This document shows, piece after piece, positions 20,796 through 30,299 of a stretch of DNA of 64,000 nt. A program made the translations under genes and the position numbers. How positions within the stretch are numbered: the stretch's first letter is position 1; the number at the start of each line of letters is the position of its first letter. The stretch is from a candidate division FCPU426 bacterium (GTDB lineage: Bacteria; Oederibacteriota; Muellerivitia; Muellerivitales; Muellerivitaceae), in contig CAWCKJ010000012.1 in NCBI GenBank assembly GCA_963796105.1, positions 128,001-192,000 on the forward strand, in the 5' to 3' direction. Below the pieces are notes generated by a model that was not told the origin of the DNA, did no database searches, and saw only the letters and a program-made list of their open reading frames with translations.

Positions 20796-21881
20796 TCAAG
20801 TCCCGCAAATAATAGATTTGATTACTTGAATAGTTTTTTTCGCGCAACGATTCCAGGAATATTTTTTGGCTAGTTGTAAGCCTTTTTTTCGTAAAACGGA
20901 TCTTAATGCCGGTTTTTTTAAAATTCGTAATATACACTTCGCCATATCATTTGCGTCGTTAGGATTAAAATATAAAACCGCATCCAAGCATATCTCGGGC
21001 AACGAAGCAACTTTAGAAATGGCAACTGGGCATCCAGCCGCCATTGCCTCAAGCGGGGGCAAACCAAAACCTTCGTAAAAGGATGGAAATACTAAGGCTG
21101 ATGCCCCAGCGTACAATTGATGTAATTCGCTTTCCCCTACTTCTCCCAGGTAACGGACCCGATTGCCTGATTTTTCCAATTTTCGCAAGCCGTCCCGATC
21201 GGAAGTTTGAAAACCGTCCTTATTTCCCGCAATTAAAAGTTCATGGGGTATCAGGTTTTGCAATATCCTGAAAGCGTCAAGCAAACCGCTTAAATTCTTA
21301 TGGGGTTTTAAGTTCCCAACAAAAAGAAGGTAGGGCTTTCGGGGTTCAGCGATTGTCTTCTTAAACCAAACAGAATCAACGCCATTATGAATAACCTTGA
21401 TTTTTCTTTCATCAACTGGGACTCGATGGATTAACTCAGATTTCGTGAATTCGGACACGCATAGTATGGCCCGGTTTCTTTTAGCTACTTGTGAGAACAT
21501 CATTTTCGCATACCATCTACGATGCCATCCTTCCACCCATTGAGGATTGGCGAGGTGAAACACATCATGGACCGTTACCATCAACGGTCCTGGATAAAAA
21601 AGCGGTATATTATAGTGCGGAGACCAAAACAGGCTACAATCCCGGGGAATGGCCCTAAATAGAGCTAGTTGCTCGGAAACAGAATAAATAGGTGCATGAC
21701 ATTCAACCCAATTTACATTCTTTTGACGAATCCCTTTCCAACCTGCAATCTCCCTGTTAGGTCCTAATAAGGTGAAATGAACGTCCGGCAGGCCATGGAT
21801 AACCCTCGGCACCAAGTTCCTTATGTAGGAACCAATCCCTGAGGAACGGAACATTCGGGCATCAATAGCGATGGTTGTCAT
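20796..21881 (-). CDS. glycosyltransferase family 4
   Basis: Start reassigned to MTTIAIDARM (21881); SGIGSY, VGNLKPHKN and EGFGLPPLEA. Confidence 0.9.
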   Translation of the reverse strand: MTTIAIDARMFRSSGIGSYIRNLVPRVIHGLPDVHFTLLGPNREIAGWKGIRQKNVNWVECHAPIYSVSEQLALFRAIPRDCSLFWSPHYNIPLFYPGPLMVTVHDVFHLANPQWVEGWHRRWYAKMMFSQVAKRNRAILCVSEFTKSELIHRVPVDERKIKVIHNGVDSVWFKKTIAEPRKPYLLFVGNLKPHKNLSGLLDAFRILQNLIPHELLIAGNKDGFQTSDRDGLRKLEKSGNRVRYLGEVGESELHQLYAGASALVFPSFYEGFGLPPLEAMAAGCPVAISKVASLPEICLDAVLYFNPNDANDMAKCILRILKKPALRSVLRKKGLQLAKKYSWNRCAKKTIQVIKSIICGT

Positions 21882-21931
21882 TGGAACCTTATCATCGGAA
21901 TGGATATTAGATGTTTTGTTTCTTAAACATT

Positions 21932-22789
21932 TTATCCGCCATATTTCAAAAATCCTTCTATTCTCCCAGAGGCGATTACCCAACAATGATTCGCACGTTT
22001 TAAATCTAATTTGAGCACGAAATAGAATATACCGGCGATTTGTTTAAGGATTTTCCAAAAGGCCAGCCCGTAAAAACTATGTTTCCGGCAAAGAGCGCCA
22101 AATCCCATGGCATATTTTTTCAGTTTCACGGGATCCATCGTTACAGAATCCACTAACGGATGGTAAACCAGAATATCGGGCTTGAATTGGATCGGGAATC
22201 CTTTTTTTAAGCAACGAGAGGCGAAATCCGTCTCTTCCCCAGAACCCCAGTCCCCTCCAATCCCAAAATGTTCGTCGAAAAACCCCACCGCCTTAATCGC
22301 CTCCTTTGGATAAAACTGTCCAATTGAAATGCCAAGAAAAACGCTCGCATCCCGCGGGGATCTTATGAGCTTTTCAAACCTCGGATAGCGGAGAAAATCT
22401 TTTTCCGTATCCGGATCTCTTCCGCGGATAAATAGGCCTGACTTCCCGCCTGTTTCCGTAAAATATTGGAAAACCTTTTTCAAGGTGTCGGGAGCGTAAT
22501 AACAATCGTCATCCGGAAAAGCCACATATTTCCCGCGTATCTTTCCCAATCCCAAGTTCCTGGCATGTGACAAGCCTAAAGACGGTACCTTAAGATGCAC
22601 TAAAGTAAGACTGTCGGAATAGTATTCCAAAATCTTTTCCAACCGGTCGTCGGAATTTTGGTCCACAACAATCGTCTCAATATCATTTTTTGTGTCAAAC
22701 TCTGAATTTTTTTGTCCGGCAATGGAATCCAATAGTCTGCCTAATTCAGCCGAGCGATAAACGGTTGGAATGATGAGCGAAAATATCAT
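21932..22789 (-). CDS. glycosyltransferase family 2
   Basis: SLIIPT, VVDQN, GLSHARN, FPDDD and GSGEETD. Confidence 0.88.
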   Translation of the reverse strand: MIFSLIIPTVYRSAELGRLLDSIAGQKNSEFDTKNDIETIVVDQNSDDRLEKILEYYSDSLTLVHLKVPSLGLSHARNLGLGKIRGKYVAFPDDDCYYAPDTLKKVFQYFTETGGKSGLFIRGRDPDTEKDFLRYPRFEKLIRSPRDASVFLGISIGQFYPKEAIKAVGFFDEHFGIGGDWGSGEETDFASRCLKKGFPIQFKPDILVYHPLVDSVTMDPVKLKKYAMGFGALCRKHSFYGLAFWKILKQIAGIFYFVLKLDLKRANHCWVIASGRIEGFLKYGG

Positions 22790-22875
22790 TTTCAGTTCTT
22801 TGATTAAGTTATTTGGTAAAACCTAACTGGACAATCCCTGTTTCAACGGCATACAGCCCATGAATAAAGGTTATA

Positions 22876-23895
22876 ATGAATCCAAATCCATCTAAAATCA
22901 TATGTTTTTTATCACGAAAAAACAAAAATGGAGATTCTTGTTTGAAAACCAGAATTAAACCGGGTGTGACAGTATTAATGCCGGTCTACAACGGCGAAAA
23001 GAACCTTGTCAAGACCGTTCAAAGCATCCAGGGCCAGACCTTCAGGAATTTTGAATTCATCATTGTTGATGACGGTTCCACCGATGGAACTCGAAAGTTA
23101 TTAAACCAATGCGCCAGGACGGATAAAAGAATAAGAATTATTAAAAATATCACGAATCTTGGTATCGTCGGTTCCTTAAATAGGGGTTTGAGGACCGCTA
23201 AAGGGGACTTGGTCGCCAGGATCGATTGCGGGGATATCTGTGCGCCACAAAGGCTGTCGTTACAATACAAATATTTTTATAAATTCCCGCGTACCGTCCT
23301 TTTGGGAACTCAAATCAACCGTGTCAATAAAGAAGGAATATTGGTTGGAAGAACTTCCCTTCCTGAAGACAACATTAAAATCAGAGAATCTCTTTTTTTA
23401 AAGCAAAGCGTAATCACCCATCCGTCCGCCATGTTCCGCAGGATTAAAGGCCTTTATTATCGGGAAAATGCCTATCCGGCTGAAGACTATGATTATTGGT
23501 TGAGAATTTTAGAATACGGAGAGGCGGCCAACTTGCACGAATGCCTCGTGTATCTTGTGAATGATCCAGCCAGCATCTCGCACACAAATTGGATGAAGCA
23601 AATAATAGCCGTAAATTTTATCAGAAATTCATTGCTTGATCGTTTAAAGTTCGGGAAAGAGATTCATGAGTTGCCCAATCTCAGATCGATCCACAAACAC
23701 CGGTGGATTTGGGTTACTCGATTATACGGTTACAAGATTAAAAATAATTATTACAAATATCACCCGATGAATTTCTTTATTCATTTTTTGATGGGTATTC
23801 TTTACCCTACAACCATCATCAACAAGACACCCTTGATTCAACTAATTAAATATCTCCATCGTAAAGAATTCAGGAAATTTTGCATCGGTACATAA
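22876..23895 (+). CDS. glycosyltransferase family 2 (opposite strand to the rest of the locus)
   Basis: VTVLMPVYNGE, VDDGSTD, SLNRGL, ARIDCGD, HPSAMFR and AEDYDYWLR. Confidence 0.88.
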   Translation: MNPNPSKIICFLSRKNKNGDSCLKTRIKPGVTVLMPVYNGEKNLVKTVQSIQGQTFRNFEFIIVDDGSTDGTRKLLNQCARTDKRIRIIKNITNLGIVGSLNRGLRTAKGDLVARIDCGDICAPQRLSLQYKYFYKFPRTVLLGTQINRVNKEGILVGRTSLPEDNIKIRESLFLKQSVITHPSAMFRRIKGLYYRENAYPAEDYDYWLRILEYGEAANLHECLVYLVNDPASISHTNWMKQIIAVNFIRNSLLDRLKFGKEIHELPNLRSIHKHRWIWVTRLYGYKIKNNYYKYHPMNFFIHFLMGILYPTTIINKTPLIQLIKYLHRKEFRKFCIGT

Positions 23896-24259
23896 AATTT
23901 ATTTTTCCGAATAAGATGGTTCGCGTTAAACAATCAAAGTGAAGCCGCTCTTTGGGCTAATGCCTGGGATTTTCTAGCAGTTTTGATAAACTTTTGGTCG
24001 TCACGCCGCGCAATCACGGATTTGCGCGCCAATCATTTATTAAGCACTTTAATCGGTTACTAACCCGCCACGGTTTGGGTGCCAAGTTCATCAAGGTTCC
24101 GTACAATATTTTTTTCCTGATCCATCACAAAGACTATCAAACTTGCTCAGCGCCCGTTCCCGGACGCCCATTTCAGGGCGTTTGCCGGATTAACAGCATT
24201 GTTTACCAAGTGCCCACCAGGTGTTTCGGCAATACCGCATGCAGAATAATTAAGATTGA

Positions 24260-24523
24260 AACCTCTGAAAAACTATTAAAAGGCGGCCAACAGAGGTTTC
24301 GGCCCCATGCCGATTTCTACTGAAGCTTCAAAGAGATCGGCATAGTCCTGAATACCATCGCGTTTTAACGCGATGGAGGACAAAGATTTCCGCAGGCCTT
24401 GGTTTTGCGAGCTTTTCGGTTTCGTGGGTACATAGGGGCTCTTCCCTATGAACGCCGTCAAATCGGGGGTTTCCATAAATGTTTTTCTGAAAAAGGAGGC
24501 AATAGCCGACTTTTTCAGAGGTT
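24260..24523. mobile_element. MITE-like element with 13-bp terminal inverted repeats
   Basis: AACCTCTGAAAAA at 24260 and TTTTTCAGAGGTT ending at 24523; the right end recurs at 39395-39460 and 60359-60419. Confidence 0.55.
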
Positions 24524-24528
24524 ACGGA

Positions 24529-25473
24529 TTAGGTGATTCCTGAAGCGGGGGGAACGCGAGTTTTCCCGGGAATCTTCTTGAATATATTTTTTAGGAACCT
24601 CACAAAAAGCCGGCTGGGAGCTATTTTTTTTTGCCATTTCTCGAAGGACACAAAATCGAATCTCAGGGAGAAAATGAAAAGAAACAATCCTATCAGGGGC
24701 CCTTTCAAGTCGGAACCCAGAAATTCCGCGCCGTTCCTTTTCCAATTATTTTTCTTTTTAAAAGTGACGGATTCCGGATAATTTTCATAGTTCCAAACCC
24801 CCATCGTTTCATACTCGCTGAATTCGCTGGATTCCAGCCCCGGCAGGCTCTCCAAGACCGTCTGGATATAAGACCGGCTGCCTGTTCCAGCGATGGCGCT
24901 GACAACTTCCCTGGCCCAACGGACTTTCGTGGGAAAACATTGCGCAACAAAAGAGAACTCCGCGCTTTTTTCCAACCTTAGTAGTTTTTGGATCGTCTGA
25001 AAATACGGCTGGTGATTCTCAAGGCTGTAATAATACTCAATCTTTCCATTTGAGTTTTTAAAACGTATTTTTCCGAGGGGAACTGTATCCGAGTCCCAAA
25101 TCAGCACGAGATCATTATCCCGTAATAAAGGATCGATCACCGCGTTGATCTTGAGGAATTGCTGAAATAACCATCCTCCCCTTTGTTTATTGGCCACAAC
25201 TGCGGATTTATTAATTCGTTCTTGCTCAATTCTCGAGACGAATTGGCTTTCTCCCGCGATCCGCCAGCCCAGGGGGGTGAGATCCGTGAATTCGGGAACT
25301 TGGTTGTCAGGACAAATCAGTAGGTATTCGTCCGATTCGATAAACTTCAATATTCTCGACGCCGAGTAGTGCCATACCCCTGAATCCTGAAGTGTGCAGG
25401 GGCAAACAATCCTCCGAAACTCTTTCGCGATTTTTCCATTGTAATCAGAACCCAACGACGCTTTGTCTTTCAT
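24529..25473 (-). CDS. polysaccharide-locus protein, DUF6492-like putative glycosyltransferase
   Basis: GWLFQQFLK, LIWDSDTV, HQPYF and FSEYETMG motifs. Confidence 0.55.
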   Translation of the reverse strand: MKDKASLGSDYNGKIAKEFRRIVCPCTLQDSGVWHYSASRILKFIESDEYLLICPDNQVPEFTDLTPLGWRIAGESQFVSRIEQERINKSAVVANKQRGGWLFQQFLKINAVIDPLLRDNDLVLIWDSDTVPLGKIRFKNSNGKIEYYYSLENHQPYFQTIQKLLRLEKSAEFSFVAQCFPTKVRWAREVVSAIAGTGSRSYIQTVLESLPGLESSEFSEYETMGVWNYENYPESVTFKKKNNWKRNGAEFLGSDLKGPLIGLFLFIFSLRFDFVSFEKWQKKIAPSRLFVRFLKNIFKKIPGKTRVPPASGIT

Positions 25474-25509
25474 GGCATTCCCAACAGCCCCACGGGGACC
25501 GTTTCCAGT

Positions 25510-26853
25510 TTATTTTCTAAAAAAAACGGTTTTATGGGCGGCCTTCCATCCGGAGCCGGTCTTTTTCAAGTTGCGAAAGGACGCCCAAACGCAAATAACC
25601 AACAAGATGGTTTCGCTGGCAAGATTGACACTGGAAGCCGCGAACATTCCATATTTCGGGATGAAATAAAGATTTGAAAAGAGGGAAAAAAGGGCCATCC
25701 CGACTGCGGTAAAAAATAGCAACCTGTCATGTCGATCATCGGTCATCAAACCCCAATAGAAGATACCACCAATGACGACGACGATTTTGGATGTGACAAG
25801 GATGAAACAGGGAATGGCGGCCTGGGTAAATGCCGCCCCGAAAACCAGGGGGTAAAGAAGGGGGATCAGGATGAAACCAAGCAACATAGTCAAGACGCCT
25901 AAAAGAGTGAAAAAGCCCGCCAATTTCAACTGGCGCCGCCAGAGGATATCCAGCCCCCGTTTCCGCCATTCAATAAACCTGGGATAAAGAATCGTGGGTA
26001 TGATGATAAAAAAAGAATCCGCTGTGCCCACAACAGTCACCGCCGTGCGGTACTTCCCTAATTCATCCACCGAATTCAACCACCCTAAAAGCGGTTGTTC
26101 CAGTGTCGTATACACATAACTGCACAAACCCGCGATAAAAAGCCACCGGGATTTTACGATGAGCCGCCAGGCCATATGAAAGCCCTGAAAGTCGAAAAGG
26201 CTTCCTTTCATGGGGGTAAGCCGGTAAATGGCCCACCAATAGACGGCGGTCAACAAAACCGTGACTATTGTGAGAACCGCCAAGTCAGCCCCAGCGGACA
26301 TCCCGGCCCTGAAAAAACAAATGTAAAAACCCGCCTTGAGGGCTGATTGAATCACGGAGATCGCGGATTGGAAGTGCTGTTTTTCGGCGGCTTGGAAGAC
26401 CCAGGTGGGTTGGAGCGCGTTAACCAGAAGCAAAGGGATAAAGAACCATCCGGCAAAATGGTAATCAGCTGGGACCATGTGGAAGGCCATAACGGTAGCG
26501 CCTACGAGGCAAAACAACAAAGAACCAGCCAAACGGAAGGTTGTGGTGATCCGGATGAGCTGGTTTCGAGCGCCTTCAGTGCGGGCGTATTTGTATTCCC
26601 GTATGAGCACTGTGGTATATATGGCACTGAGAAGAATGGTGGCTTGCGACACCATGTTCTGAACCATCCCAGAAAGACCCAGGTTATAGGATCCCAGGCA
26701 CCGGACCGCCCAGGCTGTACCAACAAAAGCGAAAGCCAGACCCGCCACCCGCGCCCCAGCCATGATGCCAGCCTGGGATAGGATTCGTTTACGGGAGAGA
26801 AAACTGGCAACGGATTGCCTTATTAAACTTCTAAGTTCAAAATCGGATTTCAA
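25510..26853 (-). CDS. oligosaccharide flippase (Wzx family)
   Basis: About 12 TM segments; LGKYRTA and FIPKYGMFAAS. Confidence 0.85.
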   Translation of the reverse strand: MKSDFELRSLIRQSVASFLSRKRILSQAGIMAGARVAGLAFAFVGTAWAVRCLGSYNLGLSGMVQNMVSQATILLSAIYTTVLIREYKYARTEGARNQLIRITTTFRLAGSLLFCLVGATVMAFHMVPADYHFAGWFFIPLLLVNALQPTWVFQAAEKQHFQSAISVIQSALKAGFYICFFRAGMSAGADLAVLTIVTVLLTAVYWWAIYRLTPMKGSLFDFQGFHMAWRLIVKSRWLFIAGLCSYVYTTLEQPLLGWLNSVDELGKYRTAVTVVGTADSFFIIIPTILYPRFIEWRKRGLDILWRRQLKLAGFFTLLGVLTMLLGFILIPLLYPLVFGAAFTQAAIPCFILVTSKIVVVIGGIFYWGLMTDDRHDRLLFFTAVGMALFSLFSNLYFIPKYGMFAASSVNLASETILLVICVWASFRNLKKTGSGWKAAHKTVFFRK

Positions 26854-26890
26854 AACAGAAGCCTCGTATAAAAAAAATTTCCGGTTCTTC

Positions 26891-27784
26891 TCACACCCTG
26901 GTCCATTCCCTAGGGATTAAATCCCTCGTGTCATGTCCCAAACCCGCGAACCAATTACGGGGAGCGAACACGCATTTACCAGAACGTTGGGAAAGCCAGG
27001 CCGCCCACCAGGAAAAACTGCTGTTAGCAATCGCAAAAGTCTTACAAGCGCTCATGAGGCGAAGGTCTTCATGGGGCGATCCGACGTTATGATCAATCGC
27101 CGCCACTTTTATACCCGGAGGGATAAATCTCATGGCCTTTTCCGGCTCATCTGAAAAAAGAAAATAGGAAAATTTTTGAGGCCTTCTCCTAATCCTCCGA
27201 AGAACTGCCTGGTAATAAGATGCGGTGAGATTGCCATGGGCCGTAGAAGCGGATGTGGAACTGATGTAATCTCCCAACCGGACGTGAATGCAAACCGAAT
27301 TCCGGGACCTGATTTTACCCAGCAAATCCAAATTCCTCCCCGTTGCTTCGGTTTTAAGCGAGAAATCCCCTTGGATATTTTCCCTATTTTCCCCAATATA
27401 TTTCCAGGACTGCCAATAACCCTCCAGATAGGTAAAATTCCCGTTTTTCGCCTTGACCTCTTGGTGCGTAAATTTCTTTTCGCGAATGTAATCGCCCTGG
27501 AGCCATCCGCGTTCCGCAAGGAAGTACCTGATTTTCCGGGAAACAAAAAAACCCCTCGCGGCCAACCCCAATCGGTTCGCGATTCCCGCGCGCAATTGGA
27601 ATAAATCCAAACCATAAACGCGGACAACACCTTTGTCATCGTCTCGAATCGCGGGTTCTCCCGGGGTTGCCAAATCACGGATATCCAGTTCCAAACCCAC
27701 TCCCAAGCGGTCAGCCAGACTTCGCGCCGTCGCGTATTGGAACATTTGGTTTCCAAGCCCGCCGCTGAGGGAAGTAACAATCAT
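26891..27784 (-). CDS. alpha-1,2-fucosyltransferase (GT11)
   Basis: GGLGNQMFQYA, GYWQSWKY, HVRLGDY and IANSSFSWWAAWL. Confidence 0.93.
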   Translation of the reverse strand: MIVTSLSGGLGNQMFQYATARSLADRLGVGLELDIRDLATPGEPAIRDDDKGVVRVYGLDLFQLRAGIANRLGLAARGFFVSRKIRYFLAERGWLQGDYIREKKFTHQEVKAKNGNFTYLEGYWQSWKYIGENRENIQGDFSLKTEATGRNLDLLGKIRSRNSVCIHVRLGDYISSTSASTAHGNLTASYYQAVLRRIRRRPQKFSYFLFSDEPEKAMRFIPPGIKVAAIDHNVGSPHEDLRLMSACKTFAIANSSFSWWAAWLSQRSGKCVFAPRNWFAGLGHDTRDLIPREWTRV

Positions 27785-29238
27785 TCTTGATTCCTTAAGG
27801 CCTTAAGGCCAATTATCGATTTTAAGCTGGATAAGTCCTCGTCATTAAAAGCCCGTAATAAGTAAAGTCCCGAACCATAAACCAGGGGACCCAAGACAAG
27901 CCAGTAAAGACGCGGATCAAGAAAAATTCCAAGTCCCATTATGCTTGATGCGGCTAATGCCGTGAATATGGGTTTGAATAAATGAATCCCCGCTGGAAAA
28001 TGAAGATAAGGTCGAGTCATGTTAAACCCTATAAAAATTCCAAATATTTCACAAACCACAGTGGCCCAGGAGGCTCCCAACGCTCCCCATCGCGGGATAA
28101 AAATAAGGTTTAAAAGCACATTTAACAGGAATAATACTAGGAAAAGAGCGTTCAAGCGGCCGGTGTTCTTAATGGCTAAGACGCTGGTATAAACGTTAGA
28201 GAGGAAAAAAAATAGAACGGACAACGCTAGAACCGCGAACAAAGGGCCTGAGGGAGAGTACTTTGGGCCTGAAATTAAAACAAGCAAGGGCTCCGAAAGA
28301 AAATAACCCCCCATCGTTATGGGAAGGCCTAGAAAAACAAGAACCTTGATGGCCCGGAACGCCAATCGGCTGAATTTATGAGGATCATCCTGGAGTGAGG
28401 AAAATACGGGAAATAGGGCCTGGTTAAATTGTTGGGAAAGCATGAGCGCCACCAATAAAACCCTGCAAGCCAAGTCGTAATAACCAACTGACTCGTTTCC
28501 GGATAAACTTTTCAATAAAACTGCATCCACTCGATAATAAAGCATCTGGAGGGCCCCAAAAGTCGCCAATGGAATGGCTTCTTTAAATACGGAAAACACC
28601 TCATTTATATGGAGCATATATAACTGGGGCCACCATCCTTGCCGGTAGCCTGCCAACGATACCACCAATAATTGGATCGAACTGGCCAAGACCCAAATCC
28701 AGCAGGTCTCTACAACTCCTCCTCCCCAATGAACAACCAGCATGATGCCGAATAACCGAATAGACGCCGATAAAATAAGGGAAAAGGAATTAATTCCCAT
28801 CTTTTCATGAGCTTGAAAAAGATAGATATAACCCCCGGAAAGGGAGTCTAAAAAAATACGCAGTCCCAAAACCGCCATTCCTATTTTAAGGACCGGCTCA
28901 TATTTCAAGATAAAAGCCGACCCTATTAAAATAAACCAAAGGGCAGTGGAAAAGAAGATCCGCAAAACCATGACGTTTCGAAGGTAAAAATTTGAGGACG
29001 TCTTGTTTCGGGCCACTTCCCGGACAACCAGCGTGTTCAGGCCCAATTCGCTGAAAATAGCGAAAATAGAAATCCAATTTACTACTACTGCGTATTGTCC
29101 GTAAACCCCCACCTCCCTCCAAGTGCGGGTCAGGTAAGCAATCTGGGCCCAAGTGAAAATACGGGAGAGAAAATCCGCGCCGAAAAGGAAGAGAGTGTTC
29201 TTTGTTATCCGGCGGGCACGGCTTTCAACGGTTGTCAT
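27781..29238 (-). CDS. flippase (Wzx family)
   Basis: ITKNTLFL, ELGL..LVVREVA, YYRVDAVLL, VGYY and LNLIFIPRWGALGAS. Confidence 0.9.
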   Translation of the reverse strand: MTTVESRARRITKNTLFLFGADFLSRIFTWAQIAYLTRTWREVGVYGQYAVVVNWISIFAIFSELGLNTLVVREVARNKTSSNFYLRNVMVLRIFFSTALWFILIGSAFILKYEPVLKIGMAVLGLRIFLDSLSGGYIYLFQAHEKMGINSFSLILSASIRLFGIMLVVHWGGGVVETCWIWVLASSIQLLVVSLAGYRQGWWPQLYMLHINEVFSVFKEAIPLATFGALQMLYYRVDAVLLKSLSGNESVGYYDLACRVLLVALMLSQQFNQALFPVFSSLQDDPHKFSRLAFRAIKVLVFLGLPITMGGYFLSEPLLVLISGPKYSPSGPLFAVLALSVLFFFLSNVYTSVLAIKNTGRLNALFLVLFLLNVLLNLIFIPRWGALGASWATVVCEIFGIFIGFNMTRPYLHFPAGIHLFKPIFTALAASSIMGLGIFLDPRLYWLVLGPLVYGSGLYLLRAFNDEDLSSLKSIIGLKALRNQE

Positions 29239-29999
29239 AGACCTGCGGAATTAGGTTTAAAATGAGAGTAACGGCCCTGGAGATCATTCCACCGAACAAC
29301 GAGAAGATCGAAAAACATGCGCGTCGAATCCCGAATGACGTTGACTTTTGAATAGGGGGAATCAAACCACTCCACGGGTATTTCTGACATTCGGAACCCG
29401 TGTTTTTTTGCTATATAGAGGAGTTCAACGTCAAAGCCGAACCGCTCGATCGTTTGTTGGGGGAAAATGCTCTTGGCCGCTTCACGGGTAAAAGCCTTAA
29501 AACCGCATTGGGTGTCCCATATCCCGGGAGTCGCCAGCGTTTGAACTAATATATTGAAAATTCTCCCCATGGCTTCCCGGTAAATGGGTTGATGAACTTT
29601 GACCAGCTTGCGGTCCACTGCCCGGCTCCCCACCAGCACCTCATAACCCTCATTAAATGCTGGTTCAAACTTGTCGAATTGGGTAAGGGGGGTAGCATTG
29701 TCCGCGTCCATAAAAAGAACTAAACGGCCTTGGGACGCCAAGGCCCCGGTCCTGACCGCCGCTCCTTTTCCCCGATTCATATCATGCCGCAGGACCTTAA
29801 GGCCAATAAGCTTTCCTGTTTTTTTCCGGAATTTCTCTACGATTTGAAGGGTTTTATCTTTGCATCCGTCATCCACTAAAATAATTTCAGCTGTCCACTT
29901 CTTTTTTTTCAAATAAACGAAAGCTTCCTCAAGTGTTTTTCCAATCCTTGCTTCCTCGTTATAGATAGGAATGACGATGGAAAGTTTCGGCTGGCTCAT
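29235..29999 (-). CDS. polyprenyl-phosphate glycosyltransferase (GT2, Alg5/DPG-synthase-like)
   Basis: IPIYNEE, NRGKGAAVRTG, FMDAD, DTQCGFK and FGFDVELL. Confidence 0.9.
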   Translation of the reverse strand: MSQPKLSIVIPIYNEEARIGKTLEEAFVYLKKKKWTAEIILVDDGCKDKTLQIVEKFRKKTGKLIGLKVLRHDMNRGKGAAVRTGALASQGRLVLFMDADNATPLTQFDKFEPAFNEGYEVLVGSRAVDRKLVKVHQPIYREAMGRIFNILVQTLATPGIWDTQCGFKAFTREAAKSIFPQQTIERFGFDVELLYIAKKHGFRMSEIPVEWFDSPYSKVNVIRDSTRMFFDLLVVRWNDLQGRYSHFKPNSAGL

Positions 30000-30082
30000 G
30001 TATCCAATCCTTTGTCAAATATTCTTTTAATGTCCCGGGCCAAGGCCTTAATGAAGGATTTATTTCCCCCGTTTTATAAAGG

Positions 30083-30250
30083 CTAAAACCAAGACAAATG
30101 AATCAAATGGAAAAAAGGATACTCCGCGAGAATTAGTTTTTCTCCTTGCCATTTAGTCCTTCCATAAATATTCAACGGGTTGGGATTGTCCTCATCATCA
30201 TAAGGGTCATTTTTATTACCGTCAAAAACACAGCTAATGGATATCCCGGA
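30083..30250 (-). pseudogene. rfbD: dTDP-4-dehydrorhamnose reductase remnant
   Basis: Not in the ORF track. Manual translation [43 protein letters not shown] matches the RmlD STDYVFDG..PY.E.D.PNP..YGxSK..GE core. No start codon, and stops on both sides. Confidence 0.75.
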
Positions 30251-30299
30251 TTTCCAATGAATTCCATGGGGAATGATCCGATATTAACAAGGGGGTTCA

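Noticed and set aside
23994..24476. ORFs 23994-24323 and 24276-24476
   Set aside because: They have no recognisable motifs; the second lies within the MITE-like element.
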